Positions 1-13,270 of a stretch of DNA of 64,000 nt are shown here, piece by piece. How positions within the stretch are numbered: the first letter of the stretch is position 1; each line of letters starts with the position of its first letter. The position numbers were made by a program, and so were the translations under genes. The stretch spans positions 397,730,001 through 397,794,000 of the forward strand of contig OZ024740.1 of the NCBI GenBank assembly GCA_964016885.1, written 5' to 3'. Source of the stretch: Eledone cirrhosa (taxonomy: Eukaryota). The notes under the pieces were generated by a model. That model was given only the letters and a program-made list of their open reading frames with translations, was not told the DNA's origin and did no database searches.

Positions 1-129
1 TTTATTAAAAGAAAGAAAAAGAAAAGGAAAACAAATGTGTTTGAAGTTATTTCAACAATATGAACTCATATTAAATATGAGTTTATACATATACGTGCCT
101 CCTCCTCCTCTCCCTTTTTGGCAGCTTGC

Positions 130-2450
130 ATTTGAGATCATATTCTTTTGGTTATTACCCAAAATTCATGATCATAGGTAAGGGTTGACATGAATACCGA
201 ACTGATGATAGTGAGTTAGGTTTTTACACCTACCTCCCTTCTGATAACTGAATGCTGAAGCTGACACATTACTGCACCAGCTCCTACCTTCCATCACTCC
301 TGAACATGGCCCTGAGATATTTGAATTTCTCCACCAGCTTCAATAGAACTTCACTCTCATGTAGAGTGCACTGTGCAGGCTTCCTTGAGAGGATGGGTGC
401 CTCAGTCTTTGCAGTACTGATTTTCATTTCTGCTGTGCAGCACTTGGCAGCAAACCTATCTAGTGCATGTCAGAGATCACCCTCTGACAAGTTAAGTAGT
501 ACCATGACATTCACAAATTCCAACCAACTGATGCTACATCCACGAGTCTTGATACCACTTCCAACTTGGCTGCGCATGTCAATCCTGTCCATGATGAAAA
601 TGAACAGGAGAGGTGACAGTATGCACCACTGGCAGAGTCTGACACCCATATTGAATGGTTTCGAGTTAACACCATTTATCCAAACACAGATATTAGGGCA
701 TTTGTATAGAGACATCAGGGTAACAAGAAGCTGTCCATCGATTCCATAGTCTTGCAGAATCTTCCACAACAGGTCCTGTGGAATGCAGTCATATGCCTCT
801 TCGAAGTCTACAACACAAGCATACACCTCTTGGCAATACTCCTTGGATTTCTCACAAACGTGCTGTAGTATGAATATTTGGTCAACTGTACTGTGTCAGA
901 GTCGAAAACACACCTTGTCAATCTCCCTACATCTCTTTGCCAGACACTCAGCACATACTTTACCCAGGAGGCTTAATGAGGAGATCCCTCTATAATTGGA
1001 GCCATCTTCTTGGCTGCCTTTTTGAAAACTGGAATTATCAATCACCATTGCCACTGCTTAGGTGTCTTTCCAGAGATCTAGGCCACCTAGCACACATGAG
1101 TCAGTCAGAGAATACTTTCTCTATTTAATGGCCAAATTTCATATTGGGTCAAACTTCATCCTCCCTAGTGTCTTTGCTACATTTAACCTCTTTAGTTGCT
1201 CTTGTGACCTCAGACTCTGAGAGGTTAGTCATTGCTCCCAGATGCACCCTGTATATATCAGCAGATGCTGTTGTGACCAGGTTTAGGAGATCAGCAATGT
1301 TTTCTCACTACTACTCGAGGATGCAGCTCTCAGAAGAGAGGAGAACCCCAGATGCATTCCTGATAGCGGTGTGGAGGAAGACCTTTTAGGAGATTAGTAT
1401 CGGTGTACATATAACATAAAAAAGACAGTAAATACCGGTGTGTGTGTTATAATAATGTTTTTACTTCATGGAAGTCAAAGGTATTAAATATTAAGGATTT
1501 GTTACCCGATGGTCATAATTCGAGGCTGAAGTTGGTAGAGAAAAGAAGAGATCTTTTCTAGCTGGTATTGACATCTTAGGCTCTCAGGCTGCAAGTTGCA
1601 TTGTTCTTGGTGGCGCAGGATTATCAAGAAGGAATCATCACAAGCTAAGGTCGCAGGTGTTACCACTTCAGAAATCGGGAAGCAAGAGAGAAATATCGTG
1701 GTAACCTGCTCCTTTTATAGGAGTTGACCGGAAGTGACCAACAGGGAGTCTGTCAATCCCAAAGGGAAGCAACTCCAGCTACTTCCTGTCTAGAGAGCGG
1801 TGATGAGATTGTCATGACAAGAGAGGCAACTCTTGCTACAATCTCTTATTACGAAGTCAGTGGATGGTCTGCCAGAACACTATAGTTGCTGACCTAAAAT
1901 TGGATTCCAGCTTAATGTTAAAGTCCTCTCTTAATTTTGGGTACTTTTACTGTCTCTGCTGTGATTTTTTTGGTGCCTGCTTGTACTGCAAGTGTAAGAA
2001 GGAGGACTTATTTCCAAGCCAAGCTTTGTAGGCCTCCTTCTTTGCTTGGATGGCATCTTTGCGCATTTGATTGAACCAAGGGGTTCTCATACCAACCGGC
2101 GCCACACAAAGCTATATTCACCCACAACTTTTAACAGCTGAAGCAGAAACTGCTGAGCTGAACAGTCTCCACTCCATTTCAACATCCTCAGTTTGCTCAG
2201 AGTGTTCTCTGAATTTAGATGCAATAGTATCTGCAAACCTGTTCCTGACTTCCTTATCTGCCAGTGCTTCCACATTATCTCACAGGTCAAGTTGGAACTG
2301 CAAGTTTTGTGGGCTTTTTTGGCTTTAGGTAGTCTCAGGCTGCAGATGGTGATCAGTTGACAGCTCAGCCCCTCTCCTAATATGAACATCCAGCACAGAA
2401 TCGAAGAGATCAGAGACAATAACAAAACCAATTATTGATTTCTGTCCTCA
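130..2450 (-). mobile_element. Degraded RTE-type LINE fragment (RT remnant) in a GMPR intron, interrupted by a probable solo LTR
   Basis: ORF 470..826(-) has decayed RT motifs (VDFEEAYDCIP, GVRLCQWCILSPLLF, from D-F-x-K-A-Y-D and G-V-R-Q-G-C-x-L-S-P-L-L-F). Coding-like composition continues on both sides; boundaries approximate. Confidence 0.7.
1385..1840 (-). mobile_element. Probable solo LTR
   Basis: The minus strand starts TGTAGCAAGAG, has TATAAAAGG and a later AGTAAA, and ends AATCTCCTAAA (one change from ...CTACA). Flanks are ACCT / ATCT, a near-identical 4-bp TSD. Confidence 0.5.
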
Positions 2451-2657
2451 ATTCCCCTTATACCATGTAGTATTTATGGATGTCTTTATGCTGGAAGAAG
2501 GTATTCATACTAGAGAGCCCATTACTAGTCTAATAAGTCTAAGGTCTCCATTCATATTTAGACATACATATACCTGTTTTATATATACATATGTGTGTGC
2601 GTATTAATTTTGGGAATCTATATCTAATACAAAGCATAATGTTTTCTTTCTTTTCAG

Positions 2658-2741
2658 TATGGTCTATTCACCACTATTCACAAACACTATTCCATTGAAG
2701 CATGGAAAGAATTTGCTGCTAAGAATCCAGAAAATATAATG
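2658..2741 (+). CDS. GMPR: GMP reductase, internal coding exon (84 nt)
   Basis: ttttcag|TAT...ATG|gtagta; translates YGLFTTIHKHYSIEAWKEFAAKNPENIM, containing the GMPR FTxIHKHYS motif. Phase 0 matches the next exon. Confidence 0.93.
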
Positions 2742-4323
2742 GTAGTAAAATTCATTTCCAATTTATCTAATACTTTAAAATGTTAAAAAAGCTTGTTTCC
2801 TTAATTATTTTTGTAATAACCTCATTAGTATCATCGTTTTGTTGTTGTCTTAATGATTTCACTTAACATCTGGGTAACCCCATCTTTCTCTGGATAGCAA
2901 TGACAACAACAACTGTAATCAACAACTATTTCATTCAAGTAATTAATTTATGTATAAAAACAATTTAATAGAAAAAGAAAAAAATAGGTTGAGAAGAAAT
3001 AATAGAATGTAAAATAAAAATATATTTAAAAAAAAACAGAAAAGGAAGGGAAAGGCGAGGGCTCTAGTGTCACAGAAGAATGGGGAGGATCATGGGCTCT
3101 GGGCCTAGGGTATCGGCAGTAGTGGGGTTGCGCCCCACTGACAAAAGCACTCCTACGGACAATAGTCACTGACACCCACTGCAACAGCCACCCCACCTCG
3201 CAGGGCTCCTTCTCCAGATGGGCTGCTGATGTTCCGATCTTATGGAGGAGCTTGGCAGTTCAGGGTCCAAATACACCTGAAGTCTCAATAGGGACTGGTG
3301 CAGAGGAAAAATGGTAGAAAGGATAATACATTGGATTATCAGCTTGTGGATTGTAAGTTCATATCCACTGCAGATATTTTGTTGTATGCTTGGTGCGCTC
3401 ATTTCCAAAGAATGGGGGAGGCACTGGACTGAACTGCCTCCTCCCCCACTTTTCAAAGGTACACCCTCATATATAGAAAATAGAGTTTATAAAAAAACAT
3501 CCTAAAATTTGCTCCTTGTGAAAGAGTGGCCTCCCAGAATTTTCTGAAGCTTTCCATGAGCACCAAAACCTGGCAATGGGTCTGATGTTTGGGCTGGCTA
3601 CTAATTTTACTTTGTCCTAGTTAACTGAGTTGACAAGAATAGGTGCCATAATGTCTTGGAAATTCTTGAAATATGATTATGTTTTACCCAGGAAGAGATT
3701 TATCTCTCATCTATTTGAGATGGTAAAACAGGAATTAAGTACAAAACACACGTTTGTATGTTTCATTTCTTGCTATGTAGGTATAACTTCAAATTAATGG
3801 AAGAAAGTTCAACAGGCACCGATAGTCATACTAGGTTGAAACACTGTGCTGAATTACCAATCTTCTTCAATGAATTCCATAAAATCAAGATTCTTGTATA
3901 CTTATAGATTCAAACTTGCCTGTTTACTAATTTCTGATTAACTGTCTCTTTCAGAAATTAGTAGATTGGCTATTTTGATTGTCTCTCTGTTTTTCATATG
4001 GACAAATGCCATATATTTACATCATGTTTACAAAACAGCCAAATATGTATGACATATCTCAACTACCAGGTCTATGATAATATAAATATTATTTTAAAGT
4101 GCAAAACGTTACATTCTGTTATATTAAACAAGAAAAAAAACATACAATAATATAAATAAAAGTTTCTATATAAACATAAATACTTTTAAATAAACAAGGG
4201 CTATTTCTGGCAATTTGGTATCAAAAACGTTTACACATTCTAATTATGAGTAGAGGTGTAAATAGTAATGTGGATATAGGTCATGGTTTCAAATTCACTA
4301 CAAATGTAATATTATTTACATAG

Positions 4324-4510
4324 GTGGATTGGCAGTATCGGTAGAGGGTCGGACGCCATGCTTTCCAGCATAGTTACGTCCCTTTACCATCTGAGTTCAA
4401 ATCCCGCCGAGGTTGACTTTGCCTTTCATCCTTACGGGGTCGATAAAATAAAGTACCAGTAATGCACTGGTAATTGCTGGCCTTGTGCCTAAAGTAGAAA
4501 CAATTATTTA
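4324..4510 (+). mobile_element. SINE (abundant family A)
   Basis: GTGGATTGGCAGTATCGGTAGAG head, B-box-like GAGTTCAAATCC, core GCCTTTCATCCTTACGGGGTCGATAAAATAAAGTACCAGT and an ATT-rich tail. More than 10 copies in the window. Confidence 0.85.
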
Positions 4511-5214
4511 CATAGGCAAAGCACTTAATTACATAAGTACCACTTCACTTAGCTGTGCTGTGGGAATATTACTTGCAATAGACTGGTGTGCTGTCTCCAC
4601 TTAACACCATAAAATGCAAACCACTGGGTTGCAGGTGATACAGTACAACTATGTAAATATATATATATAATTTCAGCGAGATCATATTTCAGCGGTGGCC
4701 AAAAACAAAACAAAACGCAATCTTCAAAATATGCGGCAAGCGCTCAATGGACTAAAAGAAGACCAGAGCAATTAACATATGTTATAGAGGCCAGACAAAA
4801 TGAAAACAGTGGTTGTGAAGCCATCAGCCACCAGAGCCAAAAAACGAAGCAAGCTAAACAGGTTAACAAAAGAATTTACCTGGACCTCCTGGAAATTTTT
4901 GGTAGAATCCAGTGGGAGGTTTCTGTGACTCCTAAATCAATTATACTGGCTGCTTTCATTGTAAGCTTTTGGTATAACAATCGAACAAGGCAGCCATTTC
5001 GTCAACAGGTATTTTGTTCTCAGCCGGCCAGCGGGTTCCAATGAGTAGTAATGGTGGAGTGACTACCCCACGTGTTTACCCTGCAAGGGAGGTAACCCCG
5101 GTTTTTGGCGGATACATTCAAAATGTGTAAATCTATTGCAAAAATTGCAAAAAACTGCACAAGTCGAAGTAAGCTCTTGACCGGGTTGTTTTTAAATAAA
5201 CTTAAGCAATTATA

Positions 5215-5657
5215 TATCATCATCATCATCACTTTTTACGTCAGTTCTTCCACGCTAGCATGGGTTAGACGGGTTGTCCTGTTGTGGGCAGTGTCCAGTC
5301 GGCTGACCTTGTCTTGCTCATACAGGAATTGATTCTGGCTTGATTTCTACAGCTGGATGCCCTTCCTAACACCAACCTCATTTACAGTGAGTGCTGGGTG
5401 CTTTTTTGTCGTGACACCTACATGACCACTTTACAGTGTGGGCTGGGTGCTTTTTTGCCGTGGCACCTACACGTCCACTTTGCAGTGGAATGATAGGGAC
5501 TCCAGTCCCTATCATCTCATTTCTACAGCTGAGTAAACTGGATCAATGTGAAATAAAGTGTCTTGCTCAAGGAAACAACACATCACCCGGCCTGAGAATT
5601 GAACTCACAACCTTTCGATTGCAAGCCCAATGCTCTAACCACTAAACCATGTGCCTT
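5215..5657 (-). mobile_element. tRNA-headed SINE plus (GAT)n-tailed retroposon 3' end
   Basis: The minus strand at 5657-5590 has A box TGGTTTAGTGG and B box GAGTTCAATTC. The 3' part ends in (GAT)n and resembles 14729-14790 on the + strand. Confidence 0.65.
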
Positions 5658-5678
5658 ATGATATATATATATGCGCCT

Positions 5679-5753
<75 letters not shown>

Positions 5754-6235
5754 ATTTATTTATTTATTTATTAAAATAACAGATTAAAGTTTAAGCAAAG
5801 AATCGCTGCTTTCACCCTTAACGGGATCTTCTGAAACTAACAAAGTCAATCTGTGAATGCAGAAGTGAATATTTAAAAAAACGTTGCAACCGGAGGAAGA
5901 CAGGAAGACGATACTTTGGTTCGTGGAAACGTTCTCTGGCAAAGAACGAGAAAAAACGATAATACGTCATTATTTGGAGCGGTGAAAAACAATTACACGC
6001 AAAGACAGAACCACGTTTATAGTATAAAAGAAGTCGTAGACTAATATTCTCTTAGGTGGTTCATAGAGACGTTCTCTGGCAATGAACGGAAAAAACGAAG
6101 ATAATACGTCATATGTGGAGCGTGGAGAACAATTGCACGCAAAGACAAAACCACGTAAATGGTATAACTGAAGTCGTAGACTAAAATCCTAACTAGGAGA
6201 CCGAATGATTCTCCGCTTCAGAGTTAAGAATAAAG

Positions 6236-6280
<45 letters not shown>

Positions 6281-6317
6281 TCATACACAAACTAACAAAA
6301 AGAACAGACCTGATTAA

Positions 6318-6525
6318 CCCTTTAGCACTTAAACCGACTAGAATTCTTTCACCTTTTTCTGTTCAGACTGGCTGTTGGCTGCTCATACTGATGTTAAGAT
6401 ATTGTTCTCAAAATAAATATCATCAAAATTCCATAGATTCGATATTATGTGAGATAATTATGTAAGATAAAGCTTTTACCACAAAAATACAATAGTATAT
6501 ATAGAGTAATGTAAATGCTAAAGGG
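6318..6525. mobile_element. piggyBac-type MITE
   Basis: TTAA|CCCTTTAGCA ... TGCTAAAGGG|TTAA: terminal inverted repeats with a TTAA target duplication. Confidence 0.8.
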
Positions 6526-6639
6526 TTAAATGAAGTGTAAACAAGCCAAACAGGCAATCAGAGTGGTATGTTACAATATAGCCATATTCATATAATCTAA
6601 AATAACTGAAGAATTGTATTATGGCCTTCTCATTGACAG

Positions 6640-6813
6640 AATATTGCTGCCAGTTCTGGAATGGCAGCTGGAGATTTGCAGAAGTTGGAAAGTATTATAG
6701 AAGCAGTTCCAACTCTCCGTTACATCTGTTTAGATGTTGCCAATGGCTATTCAGAATATTTTGTTCAGTTTCTACGTGATGTACGCAAGAAATTTCCCTC
6801 ACATGTCATCATG
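6640..6813 (+). CDS. GMPR: GMP reductase, internal coding exon (174 nt)
   Basis: tgacag|AAT...ATG|gtaagt; NIAASSGMAAGDLQKLESIIEAVPTLRYICLDVANGYSEYFVQFLRDVRKKFPSHVIM, with the ICLDVANGYS motif. Confidence 0.96.
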
Positions 6814-7591
6814 GTAAGTTGTTTTTACAATGCACATTTCATAATAACTTGTAATGAAGTAATTGCTTCCTAAAAGATATTTGAAGCAGTGTTATAATGT
6901 TTTACCATAAAGACACAACTTATAATTTCCATGATTATGATTATCATAGTTGTTTGTATTGTCTATAAGCCCACCATCATTGCTGCTACTACCAGCCTCT
7001 TCCCTGAAGAGTCATGTCAAGCCTTTTTATAGCAATTAATATATATATATAAACAAAGTTATCTCGAAGGTCGAGTTTGAAGCATGTGTGTATTAGAATT
7101 TGTAGAATAATGAGAAGAACTCAATGCAAGGAAGATGTTAAAACAGCAAAAGATCAGGGAGAGAGAAATAAAATGTGTCTGCTTGGCACGAAGTCACCGC
7201 TAGAAAAGACAACAACAAAAGCATTGGCTGTGGAGGTGGTAGCAAGCAGAAGTGATGAGCCAGAGCAGTGGGTAGGAGAAGTGAGAAGGAAAGAAAAGAA
7301 GCAGTAAGGGAAAGAGAAGAGTTGGGGGGGGGGGGAGATAACTTTCTTTATATTATTTTATCACAGCTATAGTAGCTTTCTATTTTGGACGGATACCATG
7401 GCCTGAGATTTGTTGGCTATTTCTTTCCCTCTTCCCTTTTTTTTTTCTTTTGTTCTTTAAGGAAGGGAAGAGTGGGGGAGAGAGAAATAATCACTAACCC
7501 ACTGCATGCATTGCTCTTGTTATACTCTCATACATCACCACATCTATACAGAGCATATATAACATTCACAATTCAGATAAGTTGTACTTAA

Positions 7592-7813
<222 letters not shown>

Positions 7814-8204
7814 TAAATTTACATTTAACCATTATTTAATAAAATTATGTATTATAAGAGGTGTACTATAAGTACTAGTAGTGCACTCCTGTATTTTATC
7901 GACCCCCAGGGAGAGTGGAAGTGGGGAAGAAAAATGAATTTGAACCTAATGGTGTTTTAAGTCCTAATGTAAAGGAATATAACTAAATATTGTAGGACAT
8001 TTTGTTCCTCACGCCACTATTTTTGACACTGCACCAACTTCATGTAAGATATCAAGATTTATTTAAATATTGAACAAAGGAATGTCTATAACAGTTGTTC
8101 ATTTAATAACTAAATCTCCTTTTGTAAATGCCTTATGATCTGTAACTCTTAACATCCTGTAATGATTTAGCAGAAAATATCTAAAAACCATGATCTTGTT
8201 ACTT

Positions 8205-10050
8205 TAAATAATAATGAAATTATTGTGTAAAGTGCTCAGGTGCACTACAACTCGTCAAAGGTGTATGTATAGTACATAGAATAATACACAAATGTCAGGG
8301 AAGTACATGTGTGTATGTGTTAGCTGTAGTGTTGGCGGATCTCGGGAAGCATGGAGGCCTTAAAGGATGCAGTGTCTCGACAGCTAACAACTGATGCAAG
8401 AAGTTTGTTCCATGCTTCAGCAACTCTGAGTGTGAAAAAATGTTTCCGAAAGTCATGGGAACTGTGCTGTTTTCTTACTTTGTGGGCATGTCCACGTGTG
8501 TTAGACACATGGAAATCAAAAAGGTACTCAGGGTTGTTGTTGGCAAGATGGTTAACAATTTTGTGGGTGTTTACCAAGTCAGTTGCCAGGCGTCGGAGCT
8601 TCAATGTATCCATGCCCAGGGAAGCAAGGTGCTCAGAGTATGGTAGATGCCTGATGGAGGGTATTCGCTTGGTTGCACGTCTCTGAACAGTTTCCAGGCG
8701 GTCAATGTTCTGGGCAAGATAGGGGTTCCAGACTGGTGATGCAAATTCTAAGTGTGGTCGCACCATAGCTGTATACAGCCTTAAATAGATATCTGGAGAG
8801 CGGCTGACAAAGGTCTTGCTGAGTGATGCTAAGACACCCTCGGCCCTCTTGACAATTTTAGAGACGTGCCTCGTCCAACGCAAATCGCTGCTGACCGTAA
8901 TGCCCAGGTCACGTTCACAGGAAGACTTCTTGATATTAGTGCTGTGGAGGGAGTATGTGGACGCTGTGTTTTTACTCCCAAAATGCATGGTGGTGCACTT
9001 GTCCACAGCTAGCTTGAGTTGCCAGTCTGAGATCCATTGTTGCATTGTGTCCAGGTCAGACTGCAAGCAAGATCTATAGTGTTCAGGATCTGTCCTTTTT
9101 ATCTCAAGGTACAGCTTGATGTCGTCTGCGTACTTTAGTACTGTGGCATTCCTTAAGTTGGCATCTATGTCATTAATATATGCCACAAACAAAAGGAGGC
9201 CAAGAACAGATCCCTGTGGTACACCAGATAACATCTCATATGGTGAGGAATGCTGTCCCAGAACCGTGACTACCTCTCTTCGACTGAGAATGAAGGACTT
9301 CAACCAGTTAAAAAGATCATCCTTCACACCCATTGCAGAGAGTTTTGCCATAAGCCTTTTGTGAGCCGCCATCAGTGATCCGGGTGATGTCCTCAAGAAA
9401 CTCTATAAGTTGATCACGGCAGCTGGAGTTGGGGATAAATCCAAATTGCGAGGGCCGGATAAGACTGTGAGAGCTCCAGAAGTTCCAAAGTGTTTCTGAC
9501 ACAGGATTCCATCAGTTTGGCGATGCAACTAGTAAGACTGACTGGACGATAGTTCACAGGTGATGTGCGGTCACCCTTTTTGAATAGAGGAATGACACTG
9601 GCAGTTTTCCACTGTTCTGGAGTAGCACTGTTGTTCAGACAGAATTGGAAGAAGCGTGATAACTGGTGTAGAAGGAAGTACCCACCACGTTTAAGAAGCA
9701 GGTACGTAACACCATCAAGACCAGGAGAGGCATGGTTGCGTTTATTTTTTAGGTGACGTCGCAGCATTGCAGGTGTAAATTCCATGGTTGTAATAGAGTC
9801 TGGTGTCATAGGTGGTGGAGATGGTACACTCTGGTCTTCAATAGTGAAAATGCCTGCATAGCATTCAGCAATGAGCTCTGCGCATTCCTTGGGGTCGTCA
9901 GTAACCTGGCTTGTGTGGGGATTGCGAAGAGGACCAACTGGAGAGTGAGGCCTCTGCTTTGAGTGAACATACTTCCAGAACACCTTACTGTCAGGGCTGG
10001 TTGCTATGCGCTGCTCAAATTGAAGCACTGCCTTTTTTGTCACTTTTTGT
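8205..10050 (-). mobile_element. 5'-truncated CR1-like LINE (RT pseudogene) in a GMPR intron
   Basis: ORFs 9414..10043 and 8320..9396 contain SPGLDG, NYRPVSLTS, GVPQGSVLG, YADD, ERDLG and VRPHLEFASPVWNP; they are joined by frameshifts and a deletion. Confidence 0.88.
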
Positions 10051-10117
10051 CAAATGTTTATAGTATCTTTACTAGTGGATATATTGTCAAGTATTAAAGA
10101 AAAAATTTGAATTTTTT

Positions 10118-10405
10118 ATGTTATGCAGTCATAGTGCTGTTTGTTACTTTTCAAGAATGTCTTTCTAACATGGTTTCATGTGGTACATGATGTTAAGAAT
10201 TAAAATAAGATTTACATATTTGTCATAAATCTTTGGATAAATTTGCCCACTGTAAATGCAGGATAGATGTTGGTAGAATGTTATAAAATATGATTCTTTG
10301 ATCAACTCTCTTCATGTTATTTAATTCTTAACATCCAGTACCACATGAAACCACATCAGTAAGACATTCCTGAAAAGTATAAAATAACACTATAACAGCA
10401 TCACA
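10118..10405. repeat. Degenerate long inverted repeat (arms ~10118-10207 and ~10317-10405)
   Basis: GGTTTCATGTGGTAC..GATGTTAAGAATTAAA pairs with TTTAATTCTTAACATC..GTACCACATGAAACC. Confidence 0.8.
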
Positions 10406-10506
10406 TTAAATACTGAGTACTTTATTAGTATAGATCCATATATGTAAGAAGCTGGTATATTATTCTGCAGTTTACTATCAATCTTTTATGTTTCTGTAAC
10501 TTTCAG

Positions 10507-10709
10507 GATGGAGGATGTACATGTCCTGGTGATGTTGCCAAAGCATTTGGAGCTGGGGCAGATTTTGTTATGGTTGGTGGTATGTTGGCTGGGCATACAG
10601 AGTCTGGTGGAGAGATGATTGAGAAGAATGGCAAAAAATTCAAGCTATTTTATGGCATGAGTTCAGCAACAGCAATGAAGAAACATGCTGGACATGTTGC
10701 TGAGTACAG
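10507..10709 (+). CDS. GMPR: GMP reductase, internal coding exon (203 nt, ends phase 2)
   Basis: tttcag|GAT...TACAG|gtaata; [67 protein letters not shown]. Confidence 0.96.
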
Positions 10710-12312
10710 GTAATACTTTAAATTTTCTTTAAACAATTCTTTCATTTGTTTTTTATCAACAACCTTTTCTTTTCTGTCATAATACATTCACCCTAATGTG
10801 AGCCTAAGTATTATAGAAAAAGCTATGCAGCTATATTTTTGTTAACTTGATATGTTGAAATTCTCCTGTTTTTATAGTTTAATGCTAGATTTATAAATCC
10901 TGCTAAGATCAACTGTTTAATTCTTGCCAAGGTCAGCGTTACGTTTCATCATTTTCGGGTTGATAAAATAAAGTATTTGTCAAGGGCCGTGGAATGACAG
11001 AATTGTCGATAGTTGGAATCAGTCACTGAGTTTAACACCATCACCTGGTCCTTGGGTGTCTTTAGCAGGGTTCTTCCTGTTGTAAGCATTCAAGCAGGTT
11101 TCCTGTTTGAGGATAATTTCCTCCTTTTCTCTCACCAGGTTCAGAAGCTTTGAAACAATAAATAGTCAAAGTCACTGCAGTCTACATGCTCTGCTATTAT
11201 ACTGACTCTTTACTCTTTCTTAATTTTATTAATTATATTTTTTATTTTTTAACCCAAATTTTGATTTAGGCTATATGTCAAACTGTGCAGTATGGTTTTC
11301 AGTGAGTCAGAGACAGTATATGTGAAACAATATAATCCAATAACAGAGGCTGGGAAATAGGGGTTTCATTCATCCCAAAAAGTAAAAAAAAGGTTTGACA
11401 CTAGATTTTCACAGCTAAAGACTTCTTGATCAACTCAAAGTAATTTTCAGTGTTGAAATGTGATATATGTTCCCAGTTAGGGGAATGATTTAATCTGTGA
11501 CTTATATCTATGTTCAGAGAAAGCTCTAGGCACCACAGATGAGTGAAGATGAGTTTTAATTTTCTATGTTGAACAATTTTTGCTTTTAATAAGAGAAGAT
11601 AAAGCTGGTTTAGTGACCAGCCTCGACTCCTTGTAACTTGGAATCTATACCACATTTTAACACTGAATATAACTTTAGGTTGATCAGGTCTTTAGCTATG
11701 AAAATCTGGTGTCAAACCTTTTCTGACCTTTATTTTGAATGAACTCTGTTACTAGATTAAATAGATGTATATGGCTGACTACCTGCATGCCATGTATTTT
11801 ACTTGATGAGGACTGACTTGTGGTTACACAGTGACAACAAAAATGAGTTATATTTTTATAAATATAAAACAACAAAAGAAGCAAATTTTTTTTATCTTTT
11901 TTTAATGGTGTTCATGTGTAAACTGACTATTGAAGGAAACTTCTTAAAGCATATAGTTAGTTTTAAGCTTTAACAAATCTTTTTAAAACATCGTTTTGAA
12001 GAAGTTACATTTAGACAAAAGAATTTACATTTAGAAAATAATTTTTAGAATATACATTTTGATACCAACCTGTTCAAAATCGCCCCTGGAACAAAACCAC
12101 CCACTTCAAAGGGTTCCTATGTAAATTAAAATCTTCCAACAAAATTTTATATAAGAACCATATGTTATGTTGTACATACCGTCTTGATAAGGACATACTT
12201 TTAGTAAATCCCCCCAAATTCTTCATTTATCATTTCAAATACAGTGTGTATTATTAGAAATATGATAACGAAAGGGATATATTATCTTATGTTTTTTATC
12301 TTCTCTCTTCAG

Positions 12313-12511
12313 GGCATCAGAAGGCAAGACTGTTGAGATAGAATATAGAGGAGATGCATGTCACACTATTCAAGATATTCTAGGTGGAATACGATCAACT
12401 TGCACCTATGTTGGAGCATCAAAGCTTAAAGAGCTCAGCAGACGAACCACGTTTATTCGTGTTACACAACAATTGAATGAGGTTTTCTCTCCATTCAACA
12501 AATCCTCTTAA
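12313..12511 (+). CDS. GMPR: GMP reductase, terminal coding exon with stop
   Basis: ctcttcag|G GCA...; (R)[68 protein letters not shown] at 12509-12511. The N-terminal exons lie upstream of the window. Confidence 0.96.
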
Positions 12512-12835
12512 AATATCTAGGATTTATAATATTTCTTTGTATATTTCAACTCACAAACTACTTCTCTTATCTATTTTGAATATCAGATGACAGCAGAAAG
12601 TACTTTACTACTACTACTATTATTATTTGTACTACTACTACCTTTAGGTACATCACTTTACATTCTGATTTCAAATGTTCGACTTTCATTCTTCCATGGC
12701 TGATTAAATAAGTATGAAGTACAAGGCTGGGGGTTAGTTTAGTTGACGATAGTTCCTATCCATCACTATATTTATGGTTTTCTGCTAACGTAAGAAATTA
12801 TTATTATTATCATCATCATCATCAAAAAACAGCAG

Positions 12836-13270
12836 TAGATTGGTAGAATCATTAGAGTGTCAGATGAAATGCTTTGTGGCATTTGTTCAGGCTCTTTACA
12901 TTCTGAGTTAATCCTGCCAAGGTCAACTTTGCTTTTCATCCTTCTGGGGTCGATAAAATAAAGTACGAGTAAAGCATTGGCGTCAATTTGATTGACTTCC
13001 CCTCTCCTCAAAATTGCCGGCCTTGTACCTAAATTAGAAACCAATATAAAGGGCAGTGGATTGTCAGTATCAGACGACAAAATGTTTTATGATATTTAAT
13101 TATGATTATCTATATTCTGAGTTCAAATCTCACCAAGGTCAACTTTTCCCTTTCATTCTTCCAGGCTTGATACGATAAAGTACCAGTTAAGTACTGGGGT
13201 TGATATAATCAACTTTCCCCTCCCCTCAAATTGTTGGGCTTGTGCCTAAATCAGAAACCATTATTATTAT
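12836..13270 (+). mobile_element. Two tandem family-A SINEs just downstream of the GMPR stop
   Basis: Same head, core and tail as 4324-4510. Confidence 0.8.

Noticed and set aside
5590-5657. tRNA gene
   Set aside because: A and B boxes are present but it continues into a SINE body, and no convincing acceptor stem was seen.
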